DNA from: Lepidodermella squamata
Lineage: Eukaryota > Animalia > Gastrotricha
Assembly: GCA_047495785.1 (NCBI GenBank)
Contig: JBLDXI010000032.1
Coordinates: 3,348,001 to 3,412,000 of the forward strand
Direction: 5' to 3'
DNA length: 64,000 nucleotides
Shown here piece after piece: positions 25,940-37,787 of the stretch; position 1 is the first letter of the stretch; every line of letters starts with the position of its first letter. The position numbers and the translations under genes are program-made. A model generated the notes under the pieces. It had not been told where the DNA came from. It made no database searches and worked only from the letters and a program-made list of their open reading frames with translations.

Positions 25940-27874
25940 ATGGCCTTTGTTCCAAGCTGCTACGAGCGACTGCCAAGACGACTGAAAAGCAGGCTAATCT
26001 TTCATAAGCATTCGATACCACCGAATTCGTCCTTCAGCCTGGTAAAATCGCCCAACAGCGACAAATTTTCGGTCGAATTTACGACGACTCGTGGCCAAGA
26101 GTGGTCGTTTACCAATAAAATTTTCGAATTCGAAACAGCTCTAGCAATTAATTTGATCGGCCATGGCGTTATTGAAGCTCTTATCCTTGATGCAGATCTG
26201 CCGAATCTACGACTGATCTGCCACCACATTCATTTTGTCGAGAAGGAGAAGGCCCAATTTGTTTTCCTCGAGTTGGAGTCGTTCTTATCAATCGCTCCTA
26301 CGCCTTATCCGAAGAAGCTGTTGGTTTACATCAATCCTCATAGCGGCGAAAATTCTCAGGCGCTGCATGTCTTTCAAGAAATTGCGCTACCTCTGTTTAA
26401 AATCGTATCAATTGACTTGAAAATACTAGGTTTGTCAAACCTGAGATTTTGTTTATTTAATACTTGAGTATTAATTTTTCTTAGTTTTAACATCTTCACA
26501 CAATCCGTCCAAATATCGAGGCGAGCATTTCGAAGAACAGTGGAACTTGGCTAAAGGAAGCGTTGAAATCGTGCCTTCCCACCCTCGGGAAAATTTATCG
26601 AAAATTTGTTTTGACGACTACGACGGGTTAGTTTCTCATTTTGGAAAAATTGTAACAAATTACTCAATTTTCCTTAGCATAATTTCTGTCAGTGGGGATG
26701 GGACATTTTCTGAGGTCATTCACGCCGCTCTCAGGCAACTCCACGGCGAGAACGCGAAAATTCTGCCATCAACTGAGTTCGGGTCTATCAAAAGGCCGGT
26801 TTTCGGCATTATTCCAGCCGGAACGACAGATTCAATGGCGACGACTATTTACGGCGATAACGATCCGTTCACAGCCGTGCTGAATATTATTTACGGCGCA
26901 AGTCTCGGCGCCGATGTGATGGCTGTGTTCAATTATCCGGATGAATTTGACCCGCAAGAGGTTACGAAAGAAATATTGGATGAGCGATGCAAGTTTGAGA
27001 CTTTCTCGATAAATATGGTCGGCGGTGGATTTCAGCCGGAAACTATCGACGTCAGCGAACGAATTAGGCCCGTTTTCGGCAGTTTTCGATTCGTTGTAGC
27101 AGGTCGTTGCGTAGTTCCAAAATTGAAAATTTTTAAGCTGGAATTTTTCATTTTAGGCGCCAAAGTTCTGTTGGAAAACAAGGCCTCATACCTATCCATT
27201 TTTTACAAGGCAGCAAACACCCAACCGAAAGACCACCGGGTCTTATGTGGGTTCAAGTATGGGAAAAATATCGCCCGAATTTCGCAAAATAATTAATTAA
27301 TTTAAGGTGCAATTATTGCTCAACTTTTTCGAATCGCCCGTCGACAAATATGCAGAATGCGGGTGAAAAGGGCTGGTCTAGGTTGAGTTACGGCAACCTG
27401 ATGAGCATAGCCCTACTGCCTAGTGCCGCCTTGTCTCGTTTCATCAAAGAAGGCGTCACTCCACATGGCCATTTCGGCGACGGAACGACCGATTTAGTCA
27501 TCAATCGGCATGCGCCTAACTTGTTTCACTACCTCAGCATACGAAATATCGTTAATCGAGTCTCCGACAAAATGGTAATGTCCCATTTTTCATCTTAAGC
27601 AATGGCTGTATCCTATTTATCTAGTATGAGCTGAAGGATCGCGGGTTCGAGATTATTCGGATTCACGAATTCGTGATCCAGCCGATCTTCAACCAAAGCG
27701 ATAAAGCTCTTAAATCGACATCAGATGGCGAACTCTTCCGTTGCCATTCGCTATATGGCGTGTGAGCCCATCTTAAATTTATTAAAATATAATAATTTTA
27801 ATTTAATAATAATTTATAGGGTGCATTGCCAACTGGTTAGGTTGTTTGGACGTGGTAGGCCGCTGAAAAAGTAG
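25940..27874 (+). CDS. CERK: Ceramide kinase-like lipid kinase, copy 2 (tandem paralog, multi-exon)
   Basis: YINPHSG, SGDGTFSE, GIIPAGTTD, CGFKCNYC across a splice, HFGDGTTDLV, and terminal VHCQLVRLFGRGRPLKK*. Collinear with copy 1. Confidence 0.85.
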
Positions 27875-27948
27875 CGCGTACAAAATTTATTTGATTCAGA
27901 CAGGCTACAAAAATGTGAACAACAAAGTAATAAAATGTGATGAATTTG

Positions 27949-30900
27949 TCAAGTGAAAGCTTTGATAACGCCAACAATCCAGTCTTGGTAATGGTGGACT
28001 CGCGTGTAGACACCGGGAGCATTCGCACCAGCGCAGCCTTTTCCAAACGAAACAATGCCGTGAACTTCCCATCGGCCTTTAACATAGCAGGCCAAGGGGC
28101 TGAAAAATAAATAAATAAATGAGTTTTTTTATTAGTAAGGCTCGATTTTACCCTCCGCTATCACCTTGACAGGAATCGACACCGCCTTGCTGATAGCCGG
28201 CGCAAATCATTGATTTTTCAACAAGAGTGCCGTAGTAAAAATTCATATTGCGGCAGACTTCGTTTTCAATTATTGGGACATTTGCCTGATTAAGAAAACC
28301 ATCAGCTCCTGCATTAAACAAATAAATCTTTCCTAAAATTTTATTTTCTCATAATTTATACCTGTTCTTTGCGTTGAGCCCCATCCTACAACATAACACC
28401 TGTCGGCTAGTTTCGTGTCACGTGACGGCAGGCAAGCTGGTTTTGCTATGCTAGCTTCGAAATTAAGCGGCGTTTTCAGTTTGACCAGGGCGATATCGTA
28501 CGCTTTCGGATTGGTAACACGGGTGTTGTAGTGATGGACGAATATTTTATCGACCGGTGGGTATAGAAGGGGCGATCGCTGATCCCATGCGACTTTCGCA
28601 TGTGTCGAGTGCCGACCCATCACCACCTGCCAGCCCTTTGTTTTGCGCCGATTTTGCCGGAAACAATGAGCAGCTGTCAGTAGCCACTCTGAAAATTAAT
28701 AAAATAATAATAATTTGCCAATAATACTGATAAATTAATTATTAATTAATTAAATTAATTATAATTATGAATAATTAATTAATTAGCTCACACTCTTAAT
28801 TTATTGTTAGTATCTTAATTTTTAGGCGGAGTAAACTTATGAGTAACTAATTCATTGGCTCAAATATGCCTTTTCCAACAATTTCGAAGGTTAATGATCA
28901 ATTTGAAATAAAATAAATAAAAATAAATTAGCATAGGAATCTTCGTGATTTTCAAGTGTGAAGTTTCGAAATTTGGCTCCTCAACCCTAATTAGATCAAT
29001 CAATTCCTGAATCGATATTTGAATTATTCGAATATTTCAAGGAATAGAAATCTTACGTTCGTTCAGAATCGTAGCTCCACACAAGTGGTAGCCATTGAAT
29101 AGCAACTCCGCGGCGAATGGCCATGCGCCCGGCTGGGTCAACTGGCCTCCGACAATTCGATCCGCGAATTCATCACTAGGCGAATAAGCCGCTGGTCGGA
29201 AAATTGATTCTCCACATCGGCTACTCGTCAACGGTTCATAAGCAGGGTTTCTCGGGATGACAGGCCGCGGGACAACAACGTTGGTACTCAAACTTTTTAT
29301 TTTCTTAACCTCAGTCAAGACGAAGAATCCGAGTTCAAAGCCGCGGCCTTGATCTTTGCTGTCTGAATGGAAGGTGATTTCGACCTCTCCATGGGTCAAC
29401 GCGTTCATCGCCTCTCCGATAATCGGCCGGTTCGAATCGCAGTAACGGCCGCGCCTTTTTTTACCATTACTATCGAAAAAAGCAACCTCAAGCCAGTCAA
29501 GTTTGCAGCCATCCGAAGGCTGAACGCTGAAGTCGTAGAAGCGAATCGCCACGGTTTTAATCACATGATTCGGTTCGGTGATTTTAGGCCGAATGACCCA
29601 CACGCAGGTTAGGTTACCTGGGTAACGGAAGTAGCCGAAACCTGGCGATCGAATAGCCCCGCGAAGTTCGGTCAAAACCACTCCCCCACTTCTCTTGCAA
29701 GCAGGTTGGTTCAGCATTTCTCGAGCGGAAACTTGGGCAGTCGGCGGCTTGACGCGGTTCAATGATTTGGGCGTGGTTGTAGTCGGCATCATGGCTGGCT
29801 TCGAGGCTGTTAATTGCTGCGCCAATTCAATGCTAATCGCCTTCCAATAGATTCGAAACCCGGACCCGGTATTCGCGTTGTCAGATTCGAACATGACCAG
29901 AATAGAGTTTGTAGGCGTGATGAATGAACTCGGAACACTTTGGCCACATCGGCGGGCTAAAAAGGTCAGCTCACTTTCGGTTTCTTGATTAGTAGTGTCG
30001 TGATGAGCGTAGAAAGTGACACTGTCAAATGGGCAGTCTTCGGCAAACGCGTGGTCACCAGATTCGACGGCAAAAGTTTTCGAAAATCTCACTAAAATTC
30101 TCTGAAAAATAAAATAGGTAAAATAATTTAATATTTGACAATAAATAAATTATTTTAATTTTTTATTAATTTTTAATTAATTTTAAATATTTTTTACCGT
30201 TGTTGAAGCCGTAGTAATGTACCAGATACAGCGAGCATCGTTTTGATAGTTGTTCGGATAATTCATGCTGCCGATGATGCCATCGGTTCCTTCCTGGTAC
30301 CTCGGCGATCCGCAGCCAGATTCCATAGATTGCTCGACCTTCAATTTCTTCTTCGACCGCATTTCATCGCTCGCATCGCAGTTACTTTCATCGGCCGAAT
30401 TAGGGCAATCAACATTTGCATCACAGACGTAGGACATCGGAATGCATTTCCCACCTAAGCATGAAAAATAGCCTTCCTTACACATCGATTCTGTCTCATT
30501 TTTGCTAGTTTCATCCGCCGGGGTATTCGATGGATGAACTCGTTCGAACGAAATTTTGAATCGACGATGCGGTTGAGTTAGTTTCATTTCGATTAAAACT
30601 GATTGATAAGGTTGAGTTGTAATTGTTGGAACCGAGCCGTCGCCGCAATACTGCCCGATCAGCTCCTTCTTCTCGCCATCTAAATAGGAAATTTCCATTC
30701 GATTGAAAAAACACGGTTCGTAAAGGTCGTAATCAATTGATAAATCGGTATTATTAGCCGAATCGTTGCGAGGGCAAAGGTCGACCGGAGTTAGGTCAAA
30801 GTTGTCGAAATTTATTTTAAGGCTTCTAAGGAATGAAACTGGGATCGAGGAAACGTTGCCTTTCCCATCACCGAATTCAGGCAAGTCCAAGTTTTGAGCT

Positions 30901-31349
30901 TCACCTGGATCGAATTTCAGGAGCCAAGTGCAGCTAACTGGTGCGTCGACGCAAGGTTCTGTCGAGTTTTCGGCCAAATTTTCAGGTTGACTCATCAGAA
31001 TACCTTGATGCCGTTTAGCTAGCGGGATTTCAATTGATTGCAAACCCGTAGATTCAAAGCAGTAGCTCGTAATAGAAGTTTCGATTTCCAGATGTTCGAT
31101 AGCTGTTGGTGCTTCTGTAGTGATGTTCACCGCCGATAAATTTGTCGTAGGTTGTGAAGTTATGAGGCTGACATTTTCCGAGTTCTCTTTGATCGAAATC
31201 TCCGCTGAATCATTGCTGAGAATTGTGACATTTTCGATTGGCAATAAAAAGCTGTCTTCGATAATTTTCTTATTTATCGATAATGGCTCGGCGATCTCGG
31301 CTAAAACGTTTGAGGTTAGCAAAGCTAAAGTCAACGCGATAAAATTCAT
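27949..31349 (-). CDS. Secreted modular trypsin-like serine protease (signal peptide, CUB, LDLa, CUB, CUB, S1A)
   Basis: Signal peptide [17 protein letters not shown]; CUB motifs ([26 protein letters not shown]); LDLa [23 protein letters not shown]; activation site RIVGG; catalytic triad in LTAAHC, DIAL and [10 protein letters not shown]; last exon ends [13 protein letters not shown]...FT*. Confidence 0.93.
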
Positions 31350-32045
31350 TTTTATTCTGGGAAATTTGATGAATCAATTTCAAATTTGAACTGGAGACGT
31401 CTTTATTGTTGACATAGGGCGCCATAAGTTAAATTGTCAACGTAACGATTTTTCACTTCATTCGGGCCCACAACTCGACACCTGTTGAAATTTGAATTCT
31501 CGCTTGTCCTATTTTTTCCGGAAATTTGATTTTTCCAATTTTCTTATAATTTTTTTAGACCCTGAAGATGGCCCCATAAAGCCTAAATATGTCGGAGGTG
31601 GCGCTTGAAGTTCGTGATCTTATTTTTATCACGAATTTTTGGAACCCTGGAATAAAAAACCAAAATAAGGCCACTTTGACACTTTTTCCGGCCATTTGAA
31701 ATCTGAATCTATTATTTGTGATTTTCACGCTGTAACTTGGAAAAATAACTGGTTTACGTCAAAATCTGTGTCTGCGGCTGTTAAAGGTGCAAAGGTATAA
31801 CCAATGATGCTGACCAAACACAATAACAACACGTGGGAAATGAACAAAACAACACGCGCAGCTATTGTTCAGACATGGCGGGTCGATTTTGCGCCGAGGT
31901 TGAACTAAAGTGGGCGGCTAGAAAAAACAAACACGAGCTATATTTAGAGGTTTATTATTCCAGAAAAGTCTCAAATTCAACAGTCGGTTAGATTTATGGC
32001 GGTTATGGAGTGATAAAAATAAAATTGAAAGATAAAACATAGAGA

Positions 32046-32632
32046 ATGGCCCTTAGCCTTCTAGTAACTTATTGCCTGATAACTTTTTCAAGTTTTGACC
32101 TTGCTTCTGCCCAAATTTCTGACAGCGCCAAAAATGGTATAATGACATTTTATTATCGCCATGCAATCGACTATATTCACAATTTTTAACCTTTTCAGCA
32201 ACGATTCAAAGCTTGCGATCGCTGTTTCCTAAAGATCGGGTAAACGCAGACCGAGTTGGCGTTGTTAGTTCAGATGATCAAAGCAAGCTAGTTGGGGAGC
32301 AATTGAACACGCTGAATCAGCTGCCTGCAATCCGCCTGGCCAATGCTAACCGGAGAGGGATGCGCGTGGCAAATGTTACGACCAATGCAACAGAGCAGCA
32401 GCGAATTCTCGACGCGTTCAACTCGGTGATTAAAAGCAATAATACGATTTCGATCCAGCCTAATGTTACGTTGAAAAGCGACACCAATTCCAAAGGAATC
32501 CTCTCCCAGTCGAATTTGGCTGGGGCTGGAAATTCGCAGTCGAATGTTACCACTACGCCTAAGATTGGGAAACAAAGTGGTCAGACGGTGAAACCGCAGC
32601 AGAGGATTCCTGTGGTGGCTCGGCCTGGCTAA
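32046..32632 (+). CDS. Secreted protein of unrecognised family, member A
   Basis: Signal-peptide exon 32046-32136 (MALSLLVTYCLITFSSFDLASAQISDSAKN), phase-1 intron 32137-32198, then ATIQSLRSLFPKDRVNADRVGVVSSDD...GEQLN. Many NxS/T sites; ends RPG*. Confidence 0.8.
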
Positions 32633-32983
32633 CACACCAGCTTCGATAATTTTTTTTATTACCGATAAGCAAATAAATAATTTAGTTTTTTTGCTTTCCT
32701 TCATTTTTGGCTCGGTTATCAGAACAATATGAAAAACCGCGCACAAATTGCACTCGACCGCTGTTGAGGCCAATCCCTTATTTCTTAAAAAAGGTGACTT
32801 CTTACCCAGTTTTTTCATGCGTTTCTGGCCAAGCGTGGGCGCCGATTTCGGAGCAGCCTGGAAATCAAGTTTAGCTCCTACGCCTTTTGCAATTAGAAGA
32901 TTCGAGAAGAGTCCTTGTATTGAGTGTATTTTTTCTTGCACAGATTTCATAACTTTTACTACAGCTGCGGAGATATCTATTAA

Positions 32984-34124
32984 ATGATTCGAAGGACAGC
33001 TTATCTGATCGTCCTTACCGCGCTATCGCTTGACTCTGCTTTGAGTCAAAATAAGACTGCAATCAATCGTGAGTTTCGTAATCGCTATCTTGAGCAACCA
33101 TTAAATATTGAATTTATTTGTCTCAGTTAACTTCGAAAATTTGAAGTCTCAGTTGGGCAAAGACAAGGTTAGTTCGAACAGAGTTGGCGTGAATACGGAC
33201 GAATTAGCTTCGAGAAGCGGCGACCAGCTGAATTTTCTGCAGAACATTTCGAGCATTCGCCAGGATTATGCCAAGAAGGCGAATGAAGGGCCGCCTCCTC
33301 CGGTCGGTAATGGCACCCAACTATTGCAAAGGTTCAGGGAGGTGATCGGTGGTCCTGGCGCTAATGGCAGCACAAATGACACCCAGCCAAGACCGCCGCC
33401 TAAAATTAATGCCGAATGGAGACCCAGGGGTAACGATAGTAACCGCTCGAATAAAACATCAGGGCCGCCCCCAGCTGCTCCTATAGGCATTTCAGGCTCT
33501 GGTGGACCCCCTCAGGGACCTCCTCAGGGGATCTCAGGGTCTGGTGGGCCGCCTCAAGGAGGATCTCAGGGGCAGCAGGGTCAACAAAAAGGCCCTCCGA
33601 ATAATGGCACCGGCCAGCCGCCTCAAGGCCCTCCCCAAAATAATGGCACCGGGCAGGGTCAACAACAAGGTCCTCCGCCAAATAATGGCACCGGCCAGTC
33701 GTCTCAAGGCCCTCCCCCGATGAATGGCCAACAAGGACAACAGGGCCAAGGTCAACAGGGACCGCCGCCTCAATCAAACTCGACTTCATCAGCATCGGAT
33801 GGCGGATCGAAATCGCCGCAATTGCCACCTAGCAAACCAGGGCAAGGATCTGCGAGTGGCGGGCAGGGTCAGCAGGGACCGCCTTCAGGTGGCCAGCAAG
33901 GTCAGTCAGGAAGTCAAGGTGGCACGTCTCAGGGCGGATCGGGTGGTCAAAGTGGCCCGCCTCAAGGTGGATCAGGAGGTCAAGGTGGATCAGGTGGTCA
34001 AGGAGGCCCGCCCCAGGGTGGATCAGGAGGTCAAGGCGGATCAGGTGGTCAAGGTGGTCCACCTCAAGGGGGATCAGGTGGTCAAGGTGGATCTGGTGGG
34101 CAAGGACCCCCTCCAAGCGGCTAA
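32984..34124 (+). CDS. Secreted protein of the same family, member B, with a long Gly/Gln/Pro/Ser-rich repetitive tail
   Basis: Signal exon 32984-33068, phase-1 intron 33069-33126, motif LKSQLGKDKVSSNRVGVNTDE...GDQLN, repeats GPPxNNGTGQ and GGPPQGGSGGQGGSGGQ; ends PPSG*. Confidence 0.82.
33930..34120 (+). repeat. Coding tandem repeat, ~51 bp unit (GGPPQGGSGGQGGSGGQ)
   Basis: About 3-4 near-identical copies, visible in both DNA and protein. Confidence 0.8.
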
Positions 34125-34750
34125 TGCATTTGTTGTGGCCAATTGCGGTTGAATGAGTTAAAAACTTCCATGACTGCTATATAACATAACGATGGCATAA
34201 TTGCATCCTTGATCAATAAAATATTGAAAAATTCAGGTTCAGGGTAAAATCTCTCATTCGAAATGTACGACCCGATGTCCACTTCAAAGACTAAAAGTTC
34301 ATCAATGTAAAGAAGCTTGTGTGTCATAATCGTTTGTTGAACTGCATTTCGCATCTCAGAGAATTACAAAAATCATGGGTATTTTTCATCACAATTCTGA
34401 TCTCAATAATTTCCTTGTCTTTCGTTGTCATTAGGTTTACCGAGGTATAACCATGGTGTTGGCCAAACAAAAAAAGCAATGGGGAATGTTCGAAATCGCC
34501 ATTGTTATTCAAACTTTAAAAAGATCGCCGTTGTTCACCACGGAGCCTTCCAGAATCGTCTCATTAGAATCGAAGTTCAACTTGGAAATGTTGACCTTTC
34601 ACGTTATTTATTTTTACTGCGGGGCAGTGGCCCCGGTTTTCGGAGGCGCTTCTGATGGCGGGGCACTTCCTCCTAGACAGTTGCCAGCTGTCCCCCCATT
34701 GCTCGCCGCTGGTTTTTCACCGCAGCTCTCCCGCCATCTTACGTTATAAG

Positions 34751-35223
34751 ATGGCTCATTTTTCAATGGCTCATTGCTTGGTGTTTGGTGTTGTTGGCGA
34801 CAATTTGCGACACTGGTTTCGCACAAATGTCGGACAGTGCGAAGAACGGTGAGGTCTTAGGTTATCCATTCTGGATTTGATCGACAATTGAATCGGCCTC
34901 TATATAGCAACGATCAATGATTTGCGTTCGAAATTCACGAGGCAGCAAGTGAGTGCCGATCGCATTGGCGTTGTCAGCTCGGATGACCGAAGACCGAAGC
35001 AAGCTGATCAGATTCACTGATCAGAAGCAACAACACCGTCGCAATTCAACTCAACATGGCTTTCAGAAGCGATGGTAGCTCCAGAGGAATTTTATCTCAG
35101 TCGAAGTTGCTTTAAGTCGGAAATTTGCAGTTGAATGCTGCCAGTGCCGCAAGCACAACACAGAGGGTGGCTGGTACTCAGACGGCCAAGCCAAGGATTC
35201 CGGTTGTAGTACGGCCTGGCTAA
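34751..35223 (+). pseudogene. Pseudogene paralog (member C) of secreted member A
   Basis: Retains AQMSDSAKN with the same intron position, ATINDLRSKF...VSADRIGVVSSDD, SRGILSQS and RIPVVVRPG*. Disabled by an out-of-frame ATG, a 7-nt duplication (gaccgaa gaccgaa), an internal deletion and an in-frame TAA. Confidence 0.8.
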
Positions 35224-35686
35224 CAGTTTTAGTATTGTAACAATGGCGATAATCAGAAAATAAGAAAGAAATTTCCAGCTTAATTTAGATTTAAGTATGC
35301 TTAGTTTTTCTTAGCTTGAGTGTTAACTCCAGTCAATACCCTTCTCCCTTCTCTATGGCCATGACGTGATATAGGAATTTTCATAAATAAAATAGCGTGG
35401 GTTATTTTTTACTTGTTTATTTAAAATTTCAACACGAAGTAGCGAAAAAATTTAAAAGACACGTTTTTTTATGCGTATAAAATCGTTACATCACTTCAAG
35501 GCTGGCCTAATTATCATTATGCATTATATCGGAAGCAGTACTATCGTATAATGAAAGCGTCCAAATGACCTAAGCCTAAGGAATTCCAGGTAAGCGGCAT
35601 CAAACACAGACACTTACAGGTGTATAAAATGCGAAATTTTATATCAAATTCCGAACATTTGCCGCAACTCAAGCCTTTGCTTGATA

Positions 35687-36155
35687 ATGTTTACCAAAAC
35701 ACTTTCCCTTATGTTTCTGATTTTTGCATTTCCTACGCCTTCGCCGATCAACTGTCAAACCTCGAAACTCTCAAACGGTGAGCAATTGTTTGTAAACGAT
35801 AATACATAACTAAAAACCGTTCATTTTACCCGTTGTAGCCACTATCGCAGCCACTATCGAATCGATAAAATCAATATTGGGAAAAGTTAAGGTCAGCTCC
35901 GATCGTGTTGGCGTAAACACGGACGAAAAGGCTAACAGTAAAATCGGCGAACAACTCAACGCATTGTTGAACACAACAAATACTCAGCTGCTAAAAAAAC
36001 TTGCTGCGATGAGCACGGTAAACAGCACGAATGTCAACACGAAAGCTGAAATCTTGGCTCAGTGGACTTTGAGAAGAAACAATACCGGCCGAAGTAACAC
36101 CTCGACGACGTCTACAACTAGTAAACAAGGTCTGGCATATCAATCGCTTGGCTGA
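35687..36155 (+). CDS. Secreted protein of the same family, member D
   Basis: Signal exon 35687-35777, phase-1 intron 35778-35838, motif IKSILGKVKVSSDRVGVNTDE...GEQLN; ends QSLG*. Confidence 0.8.
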
Positions 36156-36545
36156 ATTCTATGGCCGAAATTCATTCAATGCTTCAATTTTCGTCTCCGT
36201 CCCAAGGAGGTTGTAGTTTTACGCTGCTTTGCCGGCGCCGGTTTTTTTATACGTGACACAGCATTATTATTTCAACTGGTTTGATGAAGCTCAATTCTTG
36301 AATAGGTGCAAGGCCATTTTTTTCAGTAAAACAACACAAAATGTGTCTCATTGGTGTTTTCCATCTCGTGCGTCGTAGAATTTCACCCAGTTCGTGCTCA
36401 GCCTTACCCCGTGGCCAAAGACAAAAAATCCACCAGGGTTAAAATTAAAAAAAAATTAATGATAAACAACTTGACCATTTCATAAGGTGGCGTTACAGAA
36501 GACAACTTAAAACGGACAGAAATTATTGCCGCATTGCTGGTTACA

Positions 36546-36917
36546 ATGTCACATCGTATTTTTGAATATTCAACAATGGTTTTTGCCGCAATTCTACTCT
36601 TGACTGTGTTCTCTATCGTTACCATCAATGCTGATGAACAAACAACTACTGTAAATGTTACAGGTATTGCTTTCATGCTAGGTTTTGCCGAAATCATAGC
36701 ATTTGTTTATACAGCTCTCGTAGAAAGCCTTGTTAGCTCATTCGATCATGTACGTTACCGAGGAGAAATGTCCGGCTCGAGTACGATAAATCCGGACAGC
36801 TTGCTGAAAATGATTTATCAGCATAACAACATAACAACAGAATACACTGGCCCTGCTCTAGTGCCGGTGATCAACACCGAGGCGAAAATGAAGCCAGTTA
36901 TAGTCATTGAACCATGA
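36546..36917 (+). CDS. Small hypothetical membrane/secreted protein (signal peptide plus one hydrophobic segment)
   Basis: ATG-initiated ORF with VFAAILLLTVFSIVTINA, an NVT sequon and GIAFMLGFAEIIAFVYTALV; AATAAA downstream. No recognised domain. Confidence 0.5.
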   Translation: MSHRIFEYSTMVFAAILLLTVFSIVTINADEQTTTVNVTGIAFMLGFAEIIAFVYTALVESLVSSFDHVRYRGEMSGSSTINPDSLLKMIYQHNNITTEYTGPALVPVINTEAKMKPVIVIEP

Positions 36918-36952
36918 ATTCTGAGCGATGTCGATTGTCGCAGAATATAATG

Positions 36953-37170
36953 AAACAAGGTTTTTTTCCAGCTTGCTAGTAAAGCCGAAAACTAACGACA
37001 GTGAACAGTGTCGTTCACTCCTAACCTCATAGCTATCGGAAGTTCTGTCAATAAAAAAAACAAGTTTTTTTCCAGCTTGCTAGTAAAGCCGAAAACTAAC
37101 GACAGTGAACAGTGTCGTTCACTCCTAACCTCATAGCTATCGGAAGTTCTGTCAATAAAAAAAACAAGTT
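36953..37170 (+). repeat. Near-perfect 104-bp tandem duplication containing AATAAA
   Basis: gcttgctagtaaagccgaaa...gtcaataaaaaaaacaag starts at both 36971 and 37075. Confidence 0.92.
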
Positions 37171-37787
37171 ATTACATCCGATATTTTTTTTATTTTACGC
37201 GTCATGTTTTTTCGATGATTATTATCGATGATTTTACAGCTGATGGGTAACGTCGGAGAAACACTGAATGGCTATCCCTTTATATTTCGAAACATCCCCC
37301 GAGACTAGCCGTTTTGACTCAGTCCCAAGTCTATATCTGGAACCTACTTTACATTCGACTTCTTTTAAGCAACAAGGAGTTACCATTCGATGACCCGCTT
37401 AAACAATTGACGCGATTTGCTAATTTTATTTCAATTTTATTACCCAGGTCAAATCGCGCAAAATAGCTAATTGCGCGCTCGCTTCAAAACTTTATCACCT
37501 GTAGAGTGTCAACTTTCATCGCGACTCGCCGACGTGACGACTCGTTAGAAGAATCAATACTAATTTCATTTGATAGCACAGCGAGTCTTCTCATCCTATA
37601 CGTTATGCTTCAAGTTTCAGCTCATTAGATACAGAGAAAATTCAAAACATAAGGCTTTATTGAGATTTTTTACGAATTTTCTAGATGGCAATCGACAATT
37701 TTCCAATCAAAAATCAGCTTTTTAAATGCGGTAAAATTTTCTCGCAATTATTTTTAATAAATTTCACGATTTTTTGTATTCATGTAG

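Noticed and set aside
28700-28800. AT-rich ATTAATT low-complexity tract
   Set aside because: Ordinary intronic low-complexity sequence.
32288-32950. 220-aa minus-strand ORF
   Set aside because: Antisense shadow of secreted member A plus intergenic DNA; no motifs.
37243-37308. ATG-initiated short ORF as the ankyrin first exon
   Set aside because: It reaches a stop with no convincing phase-compatible donor site.
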